A stretch of 64,000 nt of DNA from Candidatus Latescibacterota bacterium (GTDB lineage: Bacteria; Latescibacterota; UBA2968; GCA-2709665), in contig CAXXXF010000006.1 in the NCBI GenBank assembly GCA_963667175.2, positions 128,001 to 192,000 on the forward strand, written 5' to 3'. The position numbers were made by a program, and so were the translations under genes. The stretch's first letter is position 1; each line of letters begins with the position of its first letter. Positions 18,652 to 29,433 of this stretch are shown here, piece after piece. A model generated the notes under the pieces. That model had not been told where the DNA came from. It saw nothing but the letters and a program-made list of their open reading frames with translations, and did no database searches.

Positions 18652-19035
18652 TTATGAGGAACGAAAACCCTGCCGCTGTTCGCCTTCCTTGCAGGGAACG
18701 CACAGGCGGGTTGTGGGCACGGCCTCCAGACGCGCTTTCGGGATCGCTTTTGTGCATAACCTGCATTCTCCGAACGTCCCCGCCTTTATGCGCAGCAGCG
18801 CGTCCTCCACCTGCGTCAGGTAGGCTCCGTCGCGAGACGCGAACAGGAACGCCTTTTCCCGTTCGATGGAGTCGCTGCCCAACTCCGGCATATGATCCGA
18901 GTAAATCTGTCCGCCGGATGCCTCCTCGGACGTCGCATGCATGGACCTCTGTTCCAGCATCCCCAGATCCTGAACGATGGACAACCGCTTTTTTTCCAGG
19001 ATCTCCCGGAAGTATTTCAGATCTTTCTCGGTCAT
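18652..19035 (-). CDS. TraR/DksA C4-type zinc-finger protein
   Basis: Coiled coil followed by FGECRLC...RLEAVP...CVPC. Confidence 0.9.
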   Translation of the reverse strand: MTEKDLKYFREILEKKRLSIVQDLGMLEQRSMHATSEEASGGQIYSDHMPELGSDSIEREKAFLFASRDGAYLTQVEDALLRIKAGTFGECRLCTKAIPKARLEAVPTTRLCVPCKEGEQRQGFRSS

Positions 19036-19122
19036 CGGCCTCTCCGACTGTCAATCCCAATAGTGCGCACCCGCAGGATGCCGCAATCCTCGCGCGTCCG
19101 TGACGTCCGGACCATATAAACT

Positions 19123-22100
19123 TCAATTACGCAAAATGCCGATTGTGCCGCGCAATCCGTTCACCTGCCATTCCCGCTGAAACTGGCAGGAACCCGGCAG
19201 TTGGCCTACCAGCAATTCCTCGGCAAGCGTCTCCCCGCCGACGTACGCCCGGTAGCGGGTGACCGCACGCTCCAGGCGGCCTTCTCCCAAAACCCCCACC
19301 CGGATGCGGTCGACGACGTTCAATCCCATCTCCTTCCGCATGTTCTGAACGCGGTTTACGAACTCACGCGCGGTACACTCGTCGATCAGATTATCGTCGA
19401 GATGCACGTCCAGCCCCACGCACAGGTTGTTCTCGACCGCAACGACCACGTCGTCTTTCTTCTGACGCCGGATCTGCAGGTCTTCGATAGCGATTTCGCC
19501 CCCCGCAACGGCCAGCTTCTCCCCCGTCTGCAGGCGTTCGACCTCGCGGGGCGCCAAGCCGGCGATCCGTCCGGCCACTTCTTTCATGCGTTTCCCGAAA
19601 CGCGGACCGAGCGATCTGAAATTGGGTCTGTAGGAGATTTCGCTCAATTCGGTCTCATCCTCCACGAACACGATCTCCTTGATATTGAGTTCCTCTGCGA
19701 TCAGCCCCTGCATCGACGCCAGCGCATCGCGCCCGGCGGCATCGGGCGGCAACAGGTAGACCCGTCTCAGCGGTTGACGGACCTTCAGGTCGTGACGGCT
19801 GCGAAGCGACCGGCCGAGGGCGACCGCGCGCATCGCCAGATGCATCTGCGCCTCGAGTTCGGGATCGCGTAACGACTCATCCGCCTGCGGCATTTCGCAC
19901 AGGTGCACACTCTCGGGCGCCTCCGGGTGGCTTCTTCGCACCAGATTCTGATAGATATGCTCGGTTACGAACGGCAGTACAGGCGCCATCGCCTTGACCA
20001 GCACCACCAGCACCTCGTAGAGCGTCTCGTAAACCGCCGCCTTATCCTCGTCGTCTTCCGACTTCCAGAAGCGGCGGCGACTGCGGCGGATGTACCAGTT
20101 AGTCAGCTTTTCCACGAACGAAACCATGACCGGAACGGTCCTGTACAACCGGTAAGCCGACATCTCTGCGTTCATGTCGTGGAGCAGGGTCTGCAGTTCC
20201 GACAGGATCCAGCGGTCCAGTTCGTGTGTGGGCGCGGCTCCGGTCGACGAGGCCGGCGTCCAGCCGTCAATATTTGCATAGGTGACGAAAATCCCGCCGT
20301 ACGCGTTCCACAGTGGGATAATGACCGACCTGAGGCTCTCCTGAATTCCCCGCTCGCTGATTCTCAGTTCCTCGGCCTTGAGCGCCGGGGAGTTGAGGAG
20401 ATACAACCTCAGCGCGTCCGCGCCGTACGCATCCAGCATTTCGGTGGGTTCCGGATAGTTCTTCAGCCGCTTGCTCATCTTGCGTCCGTCTTCAGCCAGC
20501 AGCATCCCGGAAACAATACAATTCCTGAACGCCGGTTCCTCAAATAACGCGGCGGCGAGAACCGTCAGCGTATAAAACCAGCCGCGGGTCTGATCCAGCC
20601 CTTCCGAAATGAAGTCTGCCGGAAAATTCGCCTCGAAAAACGACCGGTTCGCGAAAGGATAGTGTGTCTGGGCGTACGGCATGGACCCGGACTCGAACCA
20701 GCAATCCAGCACCTCGGGTACGCGTTTCAACGTACCCCGCCCGGTGGGGCTGGGAATCTCGATAGAGTCGATCAGGTGCTTGTGCAGATCCTCCACCTTC
20801 CGGCCGCTCAGGCGCTCCAGTTCCTCCCGGCTTCCGAGACAGATCGTCTCCTTCGTCTCCTCATTGCGCCACACCGGTAACGGCGTGCCCCAGTATCGGT
20901 TCCGGCTGATCGCCCAATCACGCGCATCTTCAAGCCATCGTCCGAACCGCCCGGTCTTGATGTGCTCCGGGACCCACCGGATCCGGCGATTGGCTGCGAT
21001 CATCTTCTCCTTGATCGGCTCGATGGCCACAAACCACGTTGAAATCGCCCGATAAATCAGGGGAGAATCGCATCTCCAGCAATAAGGGTAACTGTGTGCC
21101 AGCGTTCCGTCGGAAAACAGCAATTCACTCTTTCGCAGATGCCGCACAATATCGCGGTCGACGTCCTTTACGAAACGTCCCGCATAGTCCGGGACCGCGT
21201 CGGTAAACGCGCAGTCTTCGTCGATCGGGCACACGACCGGGATGCCCTTTTCGACCCCCAGTCGATAGTCGTCTTCGCCAAAACCCGGTGCGACGTGAAC
21301 AATGCCGGTACCGTCGTCGGTGGACACGAAATCGGCCGCAACCACGCGAAACGCGCCGTCGTCTCCCAGATCCGCAAAATAGGGGAACAACGGCTCGTAG
21401 CGCATCTCCAGCAGCCCCTCCGTCGGCTCCGGCGCCACCCGTACCACTTCTCCGTTGCGCCTGCCGAACAGGGCATCGAAGCGCGGCTCCGCAAGGATCA
21501 ACCGCTCTCCGTTCTCCATGTGGACGCGCACGTACCGGATATCCTCCCCCACCGCAAGCGCCATGTTTGAAGGCAGCGTCCACGGGGTGGTTGTCCAGGC
21601 CAGAATCGACGTATCCTTCTGTCCCCGCACTCGGAACCGCACCGTAATCGAAGGATCCTGGGTGTCCCGGTAGCCCCCCAGGTTCACCTCGAAATTCGAA
21701 AGCGGCGTGGCGCACCGCGGACAGTAGGCGAGGGAATAGTAGCCCTCGTAGACCAGGTCCTTCTCCCAGAGGCTCTTGAACACCCACCACACCGACTCCA
21801 TGAAATCCGGATCCATCGTCCTGTACTGGTGGTCCCAGTCCACCCACCGCCCGCATCGCTGGATGACCTGCTTCCACTCCGCCGTGTATTGAAGCACCTG
21901 TTCACGGCAGAACTCGTTGAACCGGTCCACTCCGAATGCAAGGATGTCTTTCCGGGACTTCAGGCCCAGCTGCTTCTCGGCCTCGTTTTCGACCGGCAGA
22001 CCATGGCAATCCCATCCGAAACGCCGGTCCACCCGGTATCCGCGCATCGTCCAGTACCGAGGCACGACGTCTTTGATGATGGAAGCCAGCAGATGACCGT

Positions 22101-22326
22101 AATGCGGAAGCCCGCTGGCGAAGGGCGGTCCGTCATTGAAAATGAACGCGCTGGATGCCGGGCGGGTCGCCACCGACTTCGCAAACGTCCGGTTCTTCTC
22201 CCAGAAACGAAGGACCTCCCGCTCCATTTCGGGAAAGTTCATCCTGCCGGAAACATCTGCAAAACCGTTGCCTGCCTGCTTTAACGCCGCCATGAGGGTT
22301 ATTCCATCAATGGGTAAGTCTGTCAT
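19123..22326 (-). CDS. ileS: Isoleucine-tRNA ligase (type 2)
   Basis: DGPPF, HYGH, GWDCHGLP, WTTTPWTL, DQTRGWF and KMSKR; start codon uncertain. Confidence 0.97.
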   Translation of the reverse strand: MTDLPIDGITLMAALKQAGNGFADVSGRMNFPEMEREVLRFWEKNRTFAKSVATRPASSAFIFNDGPPFASGLPHYGHLLASIIKDVVPRYWTMRGYRVDRRFGWDCHGLPVENEAEKQLGLKSRKDILAFGVDRFNEFCREQVLQYTAEWKQVIQRCGRWVDWDHQYRTMDPDFMESVWWVFKSLWEKDLVYEGYYSLAYCPRCATPLSNFEVNLGGYRDTQDPSITVRFRVRGQKDTSILAWTTTPWTLPSNMALAVGEDIRYVRVHMENGERLILAEPRFDALFGRRNGEVVRVAPEPTEGLLEMRYEPLFPYFADLGDDGAFRVVAADFVSTDDGTGIVHVAPGFGEDDYRLGVEKGIPVVCPIDEDCAFTDAVPDYAGRFVKDVDRDIVRHLRKSELLFSDGTLAHSYPYCWRCDSPLIYRAISTWFVAIEPIKEKMIAANRRIRWVPEHIKTGRFGRWLEDARDWAISRNRYWGTPLPVWRNEETKETICLGSREELERLSGRKVEDLHKHLIDSIEIPSPTGRGTLKRVPEVLDCWFESGSMPYAQTHYPFANRSFFEANFPADFISEGLDQTRGWFYTLTVLAAALFEEPAFRNCIVSGMLLAEDGRKMSKRLKNYPEPTEMLDAYGADALRLYLLNSPALKAEELRISERGIQESLRSVIIPLWNAYGGIFVTYANIDGWTPASSTGAAPTHELDRWILSELQTLLHDMNAEMSAYRLYRTVPVMVSFVEKLTNWYIRRSRRRFWKSEDDEDKAAVYETLYEVLVVLVKAMAPVLPFVTEHIYQNLVRRSHPEAPESVHLCEMPQADESLRDPELEAQMHLAMRAVALGRSLRSRHDLKVRQPLRRVYLLPPDAAGRDALASMQGLIAEELNIKEIVFVEDETELSEISYRPNFRSLGPRFGKRMKEVAGRIAGLAPREVERLQTGEKLAVAGGEIAIEDLQIRRQKKDDVVVAVENNLCVGLDVHLDDNLIDECTAREFVNRVQNMRKEMGLNVVDRIRVGVLGEGRLERAVTRYRAYVGGETLAEELLVGQLPGSCQFQREWQVNGLRGTIGILRN

Positions 22327-22446
22327 CCTGTGGTTATTGACCGCTTCAACGTCCCGTCATTAGCGGCGCCGCGACCGATCGGAAACCGTCCCTTCCATGC
22401 CGCAGGCCGGTTCAGCCGGTCGTGTCGTGCTTCCGAATATAGGCAA

Positions 22447-22917
22447 TCATCGAATCGACTGACCGTTCACCATCGCGACAATCCGATCTTCGTTTTCCTT
22501 CAGCAGCGCCTTCTGCTCCGGCCACGTCATCACCGGCAGCCGATCGATCGGGAACCAGTCAACGATTTCGTGTCGTTCGACGTCGGTCGGCACGACGTGC
22601 ACCTGCTCGGTCCGATAGAGGAAGTAGTGCGTGGTTTTCCATTCCGTGCGACGATAATTCATCCGTGCCCGCACGCCCATCGACCGGATCAGCTCCATTT
22701 CGGTAAAACCCGCCTCCTCCTCGATCTCGCGTCTCGCGGCTTCCTCGACGGACTCGCCTCGGTCCACGTGCCCCTTGGGAAGCACGTATTCCTCATACGA
22801 CTGTTCACGAATCAGCGCCACCAACACCCGACCGTCCGCCACCCTCGCAACCACGCCCCCCGCCGAGACGGCTTCGGGCGCGTCCCCGGGCTTCCGGTAC
22901 CATCGCTCATCGATCAC
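22447..22917 (-). CDS. NUDIX hydrolase
   Basis: Nudix box PKGHVDRGESVEEAARREIEEEAG. Confidence 0.9.
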   Translation of the reverse strand: MIDERWYRKPGDAPEAVSAGGVVARVADGRVLVALIREQSYEEYVLPKGHVDRGESVEEAARREIEEEAGFTEMELIRSMGVRARMNYRRTEWKTTHYFLYRTEQVHVVPTDVERHEIVDWFPIDRLPVMTWPEQKALLKENEDRIVAMVNGQSIR

Positions 22918-23801
22918 TGCAACCCACCTAGATAGTGTCCGTACAAGACGTTCAGCCGCTGCCTCGCCTCATCGGGAATGGCGTCGGGCGCCGTGATTAT
23001 CGCGTCTCGCGCCGCGTGCAGGCATTCGCAATCGGTCGTCTCCGGAAGCAGCCCGGAGACTTCTCTCACGACCGCGTTGGCCGTCTGCGTATTGGCCTTC
23101 ATGATCGCCAGTACGGACTCGATTTCGACGTCCCCTTCCTGTTCGTGCCAGCAATCGTAATCCGTGCCCATGGAAAGCACGGCGTAACACATCTCGGCCT
23201 CGCGGGCAAGTTTGGCCTCGGGAAGCGCCGTCATTCCAATCACCGTGGCATCAGCGGCCCGCCGGTAAAAGTGAGACTCCGCCCGGGTCGAAAACTGCGG
23301 CCCTTCCATGCAGATATAGGTGCCGCCTTCGTGAACCACAGCGCCCCGGTTCCGCGCCGCACGCACAACCAGGGAGCGCAGATCCTCGCAAAACGGGTCT
23401 GCGAAGGCAACGTGTCCCGCAACCCCGTCGCCGAAGAACGTGGATGGCCGGATACCCTTGGTACGGTCGAAAACCTGGTCCGGTACCACCATGTCTCCAG
23501 GCCTGATGTGTTCCTTCATGATTCCCACCGCGCCTACCGCGAGAACGTGGGTAATCTCCAGCTGTTTCAAAGCGTGGATATTCGCGCGGTATCTCACCTC
23601 GGACGGCAGCAACCTGTGACCCCGCCCATGGCGGGGCAAAAACACGACCGCGCGTCCGCCGATATCCGTTTCCACCAGAAGATCGGACGGGCGTCCGAAC
23701 GGCGTATCCATCTCACGTTCCCGCACCACCGTGACGCCATCCATCTCATAGAAACCGGATCCGCCGATCACACCCAGGCGCAGTGGGACAGGCTTTGTCA
23801 T
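22914..23801 (-). CDS. mtnP: S-methyl-5'-thioadenosine phosphorylase
   Basis: GGSG, PRHG, EGPQFSTRAES, GMT and TDYDCW motifs. Confidence 0.93.
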   Translation of the reverse strand: MTKPVPLRLGVIGGSGFYEMDGVTVVREREMDTPFGRPSDLLVETDIGGRAVVFLPRHGRGHRLLPSEVRYRANIHALKQLEITHVLAVGAVGIMKEHIRPGDMVVPDQVFDRTKGIRPSTFFGDGVAGHVAFADPFCEDLRSLVVRAARNRGAVVHEGGTYICMEGPQFSTRAESHFYRRAADATVIGMTALPEAKLAREAEMCYAVLSMGTDYDCWHEQEGDVEIESVLAIMKANTQTANAVVREVSGLLPETTDCECLHAARDAIITAPDAIPDEARQRLNVLYGHYLGGLQ

Positions 23802-23822
23802 GGAACCGCTCCGCTCCCGCTT

Positions 23823-24425
23823 CTAAGACACACTCAGGCCAAAGACCTTGAGAACGGCCGCCTTTGCGAAATTCAACAGCAGGATCAACAGAATCGGCGA
23901 CAGATCAAACATCCCCAGCGGCGGAATCAGGCGCCGGAACGGGGCCATCACGGGCTCGGTCAGTGCATGCAGCGTCCAGATCAACCGCCCGTTTCGCAGA
24001 AACGCCATCCAGGAAACGACGATGCGAGCGAGGATCAACACCAGATAGACCGAAATCGCCCCGTAAAAGAGCCAGCCGATGACCTGAAGAAAAGCCACGT
24101 TCAATAACGCCCGAACCACGCCCTCCAGCGCCAGAAGCACGTCGTTGCTGACCCACTTCAGAAAAAACGCGGCCAACAACGTCGCAAGAATCACGAACAA
24201 CGGCGCAATGCCCAGACTGTTGGACGCGGGAAGACTTTGCGCAACCGGCCAGATCATCGGATCGGTCCATTCCCGGACGACCTGGGCCGGCCGGCCAAAG
24301 GGCTGCACCCTGAAAAGTACCCATCGCAGAACCATCAGAACAACGACAACCACAACCGCCGCGAGTACCACGAAATTGACGGCCTCGCGTATATAGTCGA
24401 TTACCCGAAGCAAAACATATAACAT
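23823..24425 (-). CDS. yggT: YggT family protein (two YGGT repeats)
   Basis: TEPVMAPFRRLIPPLGMFDLSP motif; follows yggS. Confidence 0.85.
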   Translation of the reverse strand: MLYVLLRVIDYIREAVNFVVLAAVVVVVVLMVLRWVLFRVQPFGRPAQVVREWTDPMIWPVAQSLPASNSLGIAPLFVILATLLAAFFLKWVSNDVLLALEGVVRALLNVAFLQVIGWLFYGAISVYLVLILARIVVSWMAFLRNGRLIWTLHALTEPVMAPFRRLIPPLGMFDLSPILLILLLNFAKAAVLKVFGLSVS

Positions 24426-24521
24426 ACGATGCCCTTCGCTGAGCCCTGCCGACTCGGAAAATCGCGCGTCCGTCCGTCGGCGGGTCGCGGTGATTTCATC
24501 CGGAGACGTTCTGTCCCCGTG

Positions 24522-25211
24522 TCATTCCCTCGAACCGAAGATCGCAGATCCGACGCGTACCATTGTGGCGCCCTCCTCGATCGCCACCTCGAAATCCCCC
24601 GTCATCCCCATCGAAAGGTGTGCCATCGAAACGCCTGGCAGCCGTGCCGCCGCGACCTTCTCCCTCAGTTTACGCAACTGGACGAAACATGGTCTCACCG
24701 CCTCCGGGTCCGGCAGAAACCGGCCAATCGTCATCAACCCCTCTACGCCCAATCCCTCTACTTCCGATATCCGTCCGACCAGCTCGACCGTGGCGTCGGG
24801 CTCGGACCCGAATTGCGAGTCCGCCCCCGACGTATTCACCTGAACGAGCGTCCGTGAGGAAATTCCTGCCTGCACGGCTCGTTTCCCGATCTCCTTTGCC
24901 AATCGAAGACTGTCCACCGAGTGAACCATTTCGAACATGCGGAGGGCGCTTTTCACCTTGTTCCGCTGCAGATGTCCCACGAGGTGCCATTCCACGGCAT
25001 CCGTGACGTTGCCAACCTTCGTCTCGGCCTCCTGTACGCGGTTTTCGCCCAACGCCCGGACCCCGGCCCGCACCGCTTCTCCGATGGCCTCGACGGGTTT
25101 TGCCTTGGAGACCGCGACGAGGGTCACGTCGTGCGCCTGCCGCCCCGCTCGTTCCGCGGCGCGTGCGATGCGCTCCCGGACCCGTTTCAGATTCTCGGAA
25201 ATCGTCTTCAT
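24522..25211 (-). CDS. yggS: PLP homeostasis protein YggS
   Basis: AVSK, GENRVQE, GHLQRNK, GLMT, SMGM and RVGS motifs. Confidence 0.95.
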   Translation of the reverse strand: MKTISENLKRVRERIARAAERAGRQAHDVTLVAVSKAKPVEAIGEAVRAGVRALGENRVQEAETKVGNVTDAVEWHLVGHLQRNKVKSALRMFEMVHSVDSLRLAKEIGKRAVQAGISSRTLVQVNTSGADSQFGSEPDATVELVGRISEVEGLGVEGLMTIGRFLPDPEAVRPCFVQLRKLREKVAAARLPGVSMAHLSMGMTGDFEVAIEEGATMVRVGSAIFGSRE

Positions 25212-25384
25212 TTGCGCTACGCCACAACGAAGAAGGGTGAGTCACGGTTCCGATACAGAATATTGAATTTACAACAAGACAACCGTTTTGGCAACTCATT
25301 CGCAGACCCGGAATTCCGGAATTCGACCATCGGCTTTACCAGCAGTCTCCCAGATAACGAAAGACAAGCGAATTACGCGGAAGA

Positions 25385-28024
25385 TCACACGATGCCGCCG
25401 GTTCCGGGTCCGTGCCCGGGCTGGTCAGTTGTCTCCGACGATACCGGAGGTTCGAATTCGTCGTCGTGGATTGCGACCACACCGCGGCTCCCATCCACGG
25501 TTATCCGGTCTCCCGTACGGATTCGCCGCGTCGCGCCCGATACCCCCACCACTGCCGGCACCTGGTACTCGCGGGCGATCACCGAACTGTGGTTCAGCAC
25601 GCCGCCGATTTCGGTGACCACCGCGCGTACACGCCGGAAGAGCGGGGTCCATCCCGGGTCGGTACCGAGTGCGACCAGCACCTCCCCCTGCGCCAGTGTC
25701 TCGAACTCCTCGGGCCCGCGTAGCAGCCGGGCGATTCCGGTCGCCGTACCCGGGCTCGTGCCGACACCTTCAAGCCTCCTCGCGTCGGGGTCGCCGACCC
25801 GGGACGGGTTCTCGCCACGACCTTCAATCCAGAAGTAAACCGGCTGCCGGCAACGCGCACGTTCGAAATCGGCGATCCGTCGATTGACTTCATCCTCGCT
25901 TGTGACGAAGCCCCTCCTGAACGCATTCTCCACTTCGGCGCGCGACAGGAAAAACACCTCATCCTTCCGCCGCAGCATCCCCCGGGATACGAGATGGTCC
26001 CCCAGTTTCAGATAGACCGCTCTGTACCCGGCAAACAGCCTGTCCAGGTGGAATCTCAACTCTTCACGCAGTCCGAGATAGATTCTGGCGTATTTCAACA
26101 CCCTGCGAAAGATCGTGGTCCGCGCCCATCGCCACGGCGAATCGGAAAGACGCCTCAACACCTTCGCTTCCGCGGACCGAACCAGATCCTGCGGCTTCTT
26201 CCTGACCGACGCAGGTTCACAACAGAGGTTCTGACGGAGCATCTGCACGACGATTTCCGGGCGTTCACGCCAGCGTTCAAACGTAAAATCCCGATTTGCA
26301 GAGCGAATTCCGTACGCGTCGATGAATGCGTTGAATCTGGATGCAACGTGGCCCCGGCCGGAACGAAGGCATTCGAGAAACGCAGCGTCCGTCCCGGTTT
26401 CCAGGGTCCGCCGAAGCACGGCATCGCTTCGGACCTCATCCGACAATTTCCCCAGTGCGTCATTGACCTCGGACGTCTTGTTGCGTTCAGGCGCCAGCAG
26501 CAGATCCTTGAACGTGTCCACGTCGAGGTCCGCCCAGCGGATCAGCATCGCGCGCAGGACCCAGATGCAATTCATCGCAAACGCGTAACTCCACTGGTTG
26601 ACGTCCCTTTGCTGACGCACGGCGAGTTCCGTCAGACGATTCTCGGCCAGAAGCAGGACGTCCGGGTCCCGCGCCGAGGAAATCTGGCGTTCGATGGAAC
26701 GTATCCTCCGGTTGAATGCCGGGAAAAACGCCTGCCTGACCCTTCGGTGATTGCTGTGAATCAGACCGTACGGTTCGGTCATCAGGAGGCCCGGAAGACG
26801 CAGCAGCACCGGGACGATCCCCTTCCAGGTCCGGCTCGCGCACGCCACCTCTCGCCGGAGTTTTCGCGGCAGAATAACCAGCGCGTCGTCCATCAACAGT
26901 TTCGCGGGAACCAGTTTGAGCGCCTGCGCAACGGCATCCGCGTTCACGTACATGTAGGAATCGATCACCTTCATCATATCGTCGCGTATCAGCGCCCCGA
27001 GTCCGAGTCGTCGCGCGGGCCCCTGAAACGTGTACGACTGGCTCAGGCCGTCCACAATGACGGACGCCGTCATCGGAGAGAGGGCCTCGGACCAGACGTC
27101 GTCGCAGATCCCCCGGGACCAGGCGCCGGGCGGCCTGGATACACTCGTCGTAATCGGTCGCGTCTGCAGGACGTAAAGCCGGCCGCAGGAAAACGCCCAT
27201 TCGACGTCCTGGGGCCGGCCGTCGGAATACGACTCGATCTCGCAGCCCCGCCTCCACAGCGATTGCAGCTCGCGCGGAGAAAGCGCCTCCTCGTCCCGCA
27301 GCCCCTCGGGCATGGGTTCAGGCCTGCGGCGACCCGGTCGCAGGCGCCACAGCTTGTGCGCTATCCGCTTCTCAACGACCCGGCCGGAGGTCCGGTCCAG
27401 CACGTATGAGTCGGGCGAAACCTCGCCCCCGACAACGGTCTCGCCGAGACCCCAGTTGGCCTCCACAAAAATACCCGGCGCGCCTGAGGCTACCGGGTTC
27501 CGTGTAAAGAGGACGCCTGACTTTTCGGCCTCGACCATCTCCTGCACGACAACCGCAATGCGCGGAACCAGACCGGGCGCGTAGGTTCGCAACCGTTCGT
27601 TACACGCCGACGCCCAGCACAGCCGGACGTGCTCGAGTACAGACGCGACGTCCGTCAGGTTCAGATAGGTTTCGAACTGTCCGGCAAAGGCGAATGCACG
27701 GCCGTCCTCGGAGGCGCCGGACGAACGGACGGCCACGGATTTGGCGCCGGCGCCCATCAGAGATTCGAACGAGCATCGGATGGCTGTTTCGACTTCGGAC
27801 GGGAACGAACCCCGGGCAACGGCCGCCTCGGTCGCGCCGGCCGGATCGAGGCCATTGTGTTCCAGAAACCGGACACAGGCGTCGGCCGTCACGCAGAATC
27901 CGTCCGGAACGTGGAATCCGCCCGCGAGAAGGCGACCCAGATTTCGCGCCTTCCCGCCGACCTGCTCCAACGAAGCTCCGCACGCCTGAGCGAGTTCAAC
28001 AACGATTTTCGACGCTTCCGCCAT
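25385..28024 (-). CDS. PEP-synthase-like / rifampicin-phosphotransferase-like enzyme
   Basis: GGKA, VRSS, FAGQ, VQEM and LQTRPIT in the ATP-grasp domain; C-terminal TDPGWTP...GGVLNHSSVIARE phospho-His domain; start MAEASK preferred. Confidence 0.85.
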   Translation of the reverse strand: MAEASKIVVELAQACGASLEQVGGKARNLGRLLAGGFHVPDGFCVTADACVRFLEHNGLDPAGATEAAVARGSFPSEVETAIRCSFESLMGAGAKSVAVRSSGASEDGRAFAFAGQFETYLNLTDVASVLEHVRLCWASACNERLRTYAPGLVPRIAVVVQEMVEAEKSGVLFTRNPVASGAPGIFVEANWGLGETVVGGEVSPDSYVLDRTSGRVVEKRIAHKLWRLRPGRRRPEPMPEGLRDEEALSPRELQSLWRRGCEIESYSDGRPQDVEWAFSCGRLYVLQTRPITTSVSRPPGAWSRGICDDVWSEALSPMTASVIVDGLSQSYTFQGPARRLGLGALIRDDMMKVIDSYMYVNADAVAQALKLVPAKLLMDDALVILPRKLRREVACASRTWKGIVPVLLRLPGLLMTEPYGLIHSNHRRVRQAFFPAFNRRIRSIERQISSARDPDVLLLAENRLTELAVRQQRDVNQWSYAFAMNCIWVLRAMLIRWADLDVDTFKDLLLAPERNKTSEVNDALGKLSDEVRSDAVLRRTLETGTDAAFLECLRSGRGHVASRFNAFIDAYGIRSANRDFTFERWRERPEIVVQMLRQNLCCEPASVRKKPQDLVRSAEAKVLRRLSDSPWRWARTTIFRRVLKYARIYLGLREELRFHLDRLFAGYRAVYLKLGDHLVSRGMLRRKDEVFFLSRAEVENAFRRGFVTSEDEVNRRIADFERARCRQPVYFWIEGRGENPSRVGDPDARRLEGVGTSPGTATGIARLLRGPEEFETLAQGEVLVALGTDPGWTPLFRRVRAVVTEIGGVLNHSSVIAREYQVPAVVGVSGATRRIRTGDRITVDGSRGVVAIHDDEFEPPVSSETTDQPGHGPGTGGIV

Positions 28025-28079
28025 GGCGGAGAAATTCTTCCTGCACAAGTGAATCCGGACCGGCGGGACGCCGGCGAGG

Positions 28080-29321
28080 TCAATAACCGCCGAAACCCAC
28101 CGGCGCGGCATTGAAGTACGACTCGTCGCCGAAATAGGGAAACATGCCGAAACCCGCGTCCAGGTCCCGCCGCTCCCATACAAGGCCGGTTTCGCAATAG
28201 CTAAGCGAGCCGTGGGCGGGTGGCGAAAACTCCGGTCGTCCCAGCAGGTCGCTTCGGAACCAGACGCTCCGATGCCCGAAACACACGCCCTTCTCCAGGT
28301 TCTCCCGAACGAATTCAACCATATGCGGAAACGTCCGCTGGTACTCCGCCCCCCGGCCGTATTCAATATGAGTCTTCAGATTCTCGCCCGCAGCCTGGAC
28401 CTCGCCCATCGACATGGGGGCTCCGCCCTTTACGAACAACGCATCGGCATTCGGATCCACCACCGCCCATTTGCCGTACTCGTCGAACCAGACCTCCGCC
28501 ACGAAATGCCCGTTGAATCCGTTCACCGCTTCGGTGAGAACGGCGCACCGGGCCGGAATGCCCGCTGCCTGAGCGCAGCTTACGAAAGCCGCCGCATAAT
28601 GAACGCACATCGCCACGGGCCGCTTTCCGTTGTGTCCCGCCTGTCGGGGCGCCCAGGCGAGAAGGGTTTCCGCGTCCCACGGCGCATATTGGCCCGCCCT
28701 GAGCGAATTGGTATGCTCCCAGCTGGACGCCAGCCAGGCCGATAGCGCACGGACCCGGTGGATCAACGGGCCCTGGTCCCGCGCGACCGGCGGCAGCAAT
28801 CGCCTCAACGACACCAGCCTCGGCGACTCAGCGACCTCCCATGCCATGGCGGGTGGCGGCGGGTCCTCTCCTTCCTCGAGCCGTACCCGAACGACGTATT
28901 CACCCAGAACCGAGTTGAGGTAGCCCATGCGGTCGCTCCGCCATGTCGCTCCGCCGTCGTCGCTCACTCCGCTGTCCGGGTCCGCGTGACCCGCTTCCAT
29001 CGCGAGCGACCATCCGTCCATCGCCGTACCATCGGTCCAGAGTTCGAAGGTGTTGTCTCCGGCTCTGAATCCGGCCACGGACAGCTCATACCAGGAATAC
29101 GCGCCGGGCCTGTCGGGCTCGAGCGCCGCCACCTCGGCGCCGTTCAGGGCCACCCGAAGCGGCGCGTCGTTATCGGGATAGGGCCGGGCGAGGATGTAGA
29201 CCCGCCCGGGCGCGTCCGTCGCGGGCAACGCGAGTGTCTTTCGTGTCCGCCGAAACGTCGTCAACTCCTCGCAAAGAGACGGCATGACCCGTCCGTCTTC
29301 GCTGTAATACAATCGGCTCAT
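28080..29321 (-). CDS. Transglutaminase-like (Cys-His-Asp) domain protein
   Basis: MCVHYA...GIPAR...HFVAEVW...VDP. Confidence 0.75.
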   Translation of the reverse strand: MSRLYYSEDGRVMPSLCEELTTFRRTRKTLALPATDAPGRVYILARPYPDNDAPLRVALNGAEVAALEPDRPGAYSWYELSVAGFRAGDNTFELWTDGTAMDGWSLAMEAGHADPDSGVSDDGGATWRSDRMGYLNSVLGEYVVRVRLEEGEDPPPPAMAWEVAESPRLVSLRRLLPPVARDQGPLIHRVRALSAWLASSWEHTNSLRAGQYAPWDAETLLAWAPRQAGHNGKRPVAMCVHYAAAFVSCAQAAGIPARCAVLTEAVNGFNGHFVAEVWFDEYGKWAVVDPNADALFVKGGAPMSMGEVQAAGENLKTHIEYGRGAEYQRTFPHMVEFVRENLEKGVCFGHRSVWFRSDLLGRPEFSPPAHGSLSYCETGLVWERRDLDAGFGMFPYFGDESYFNAAPVGFGGY

Positions 29322-29433
29322 TAAGGCCTCTCTCTAGTGTGCCCCCCTTGTCGGTCCGCAGGAATATACGCGCAGGCCCGGATCCTGACATCGCTTTCCT
29401 TGGAAAGCAGTGGCATTTTCCGGATCCCCGCGT

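Noticed and set aside
18593-19126. Long N-terminal extension of lspA
   Set aside because: It overlaps the DksA-like gene in another frame.
22327-22446. Possible T-box leader upstream of ileS
   Set aside because: Too short, and no T-box consensus or terminator is visible.
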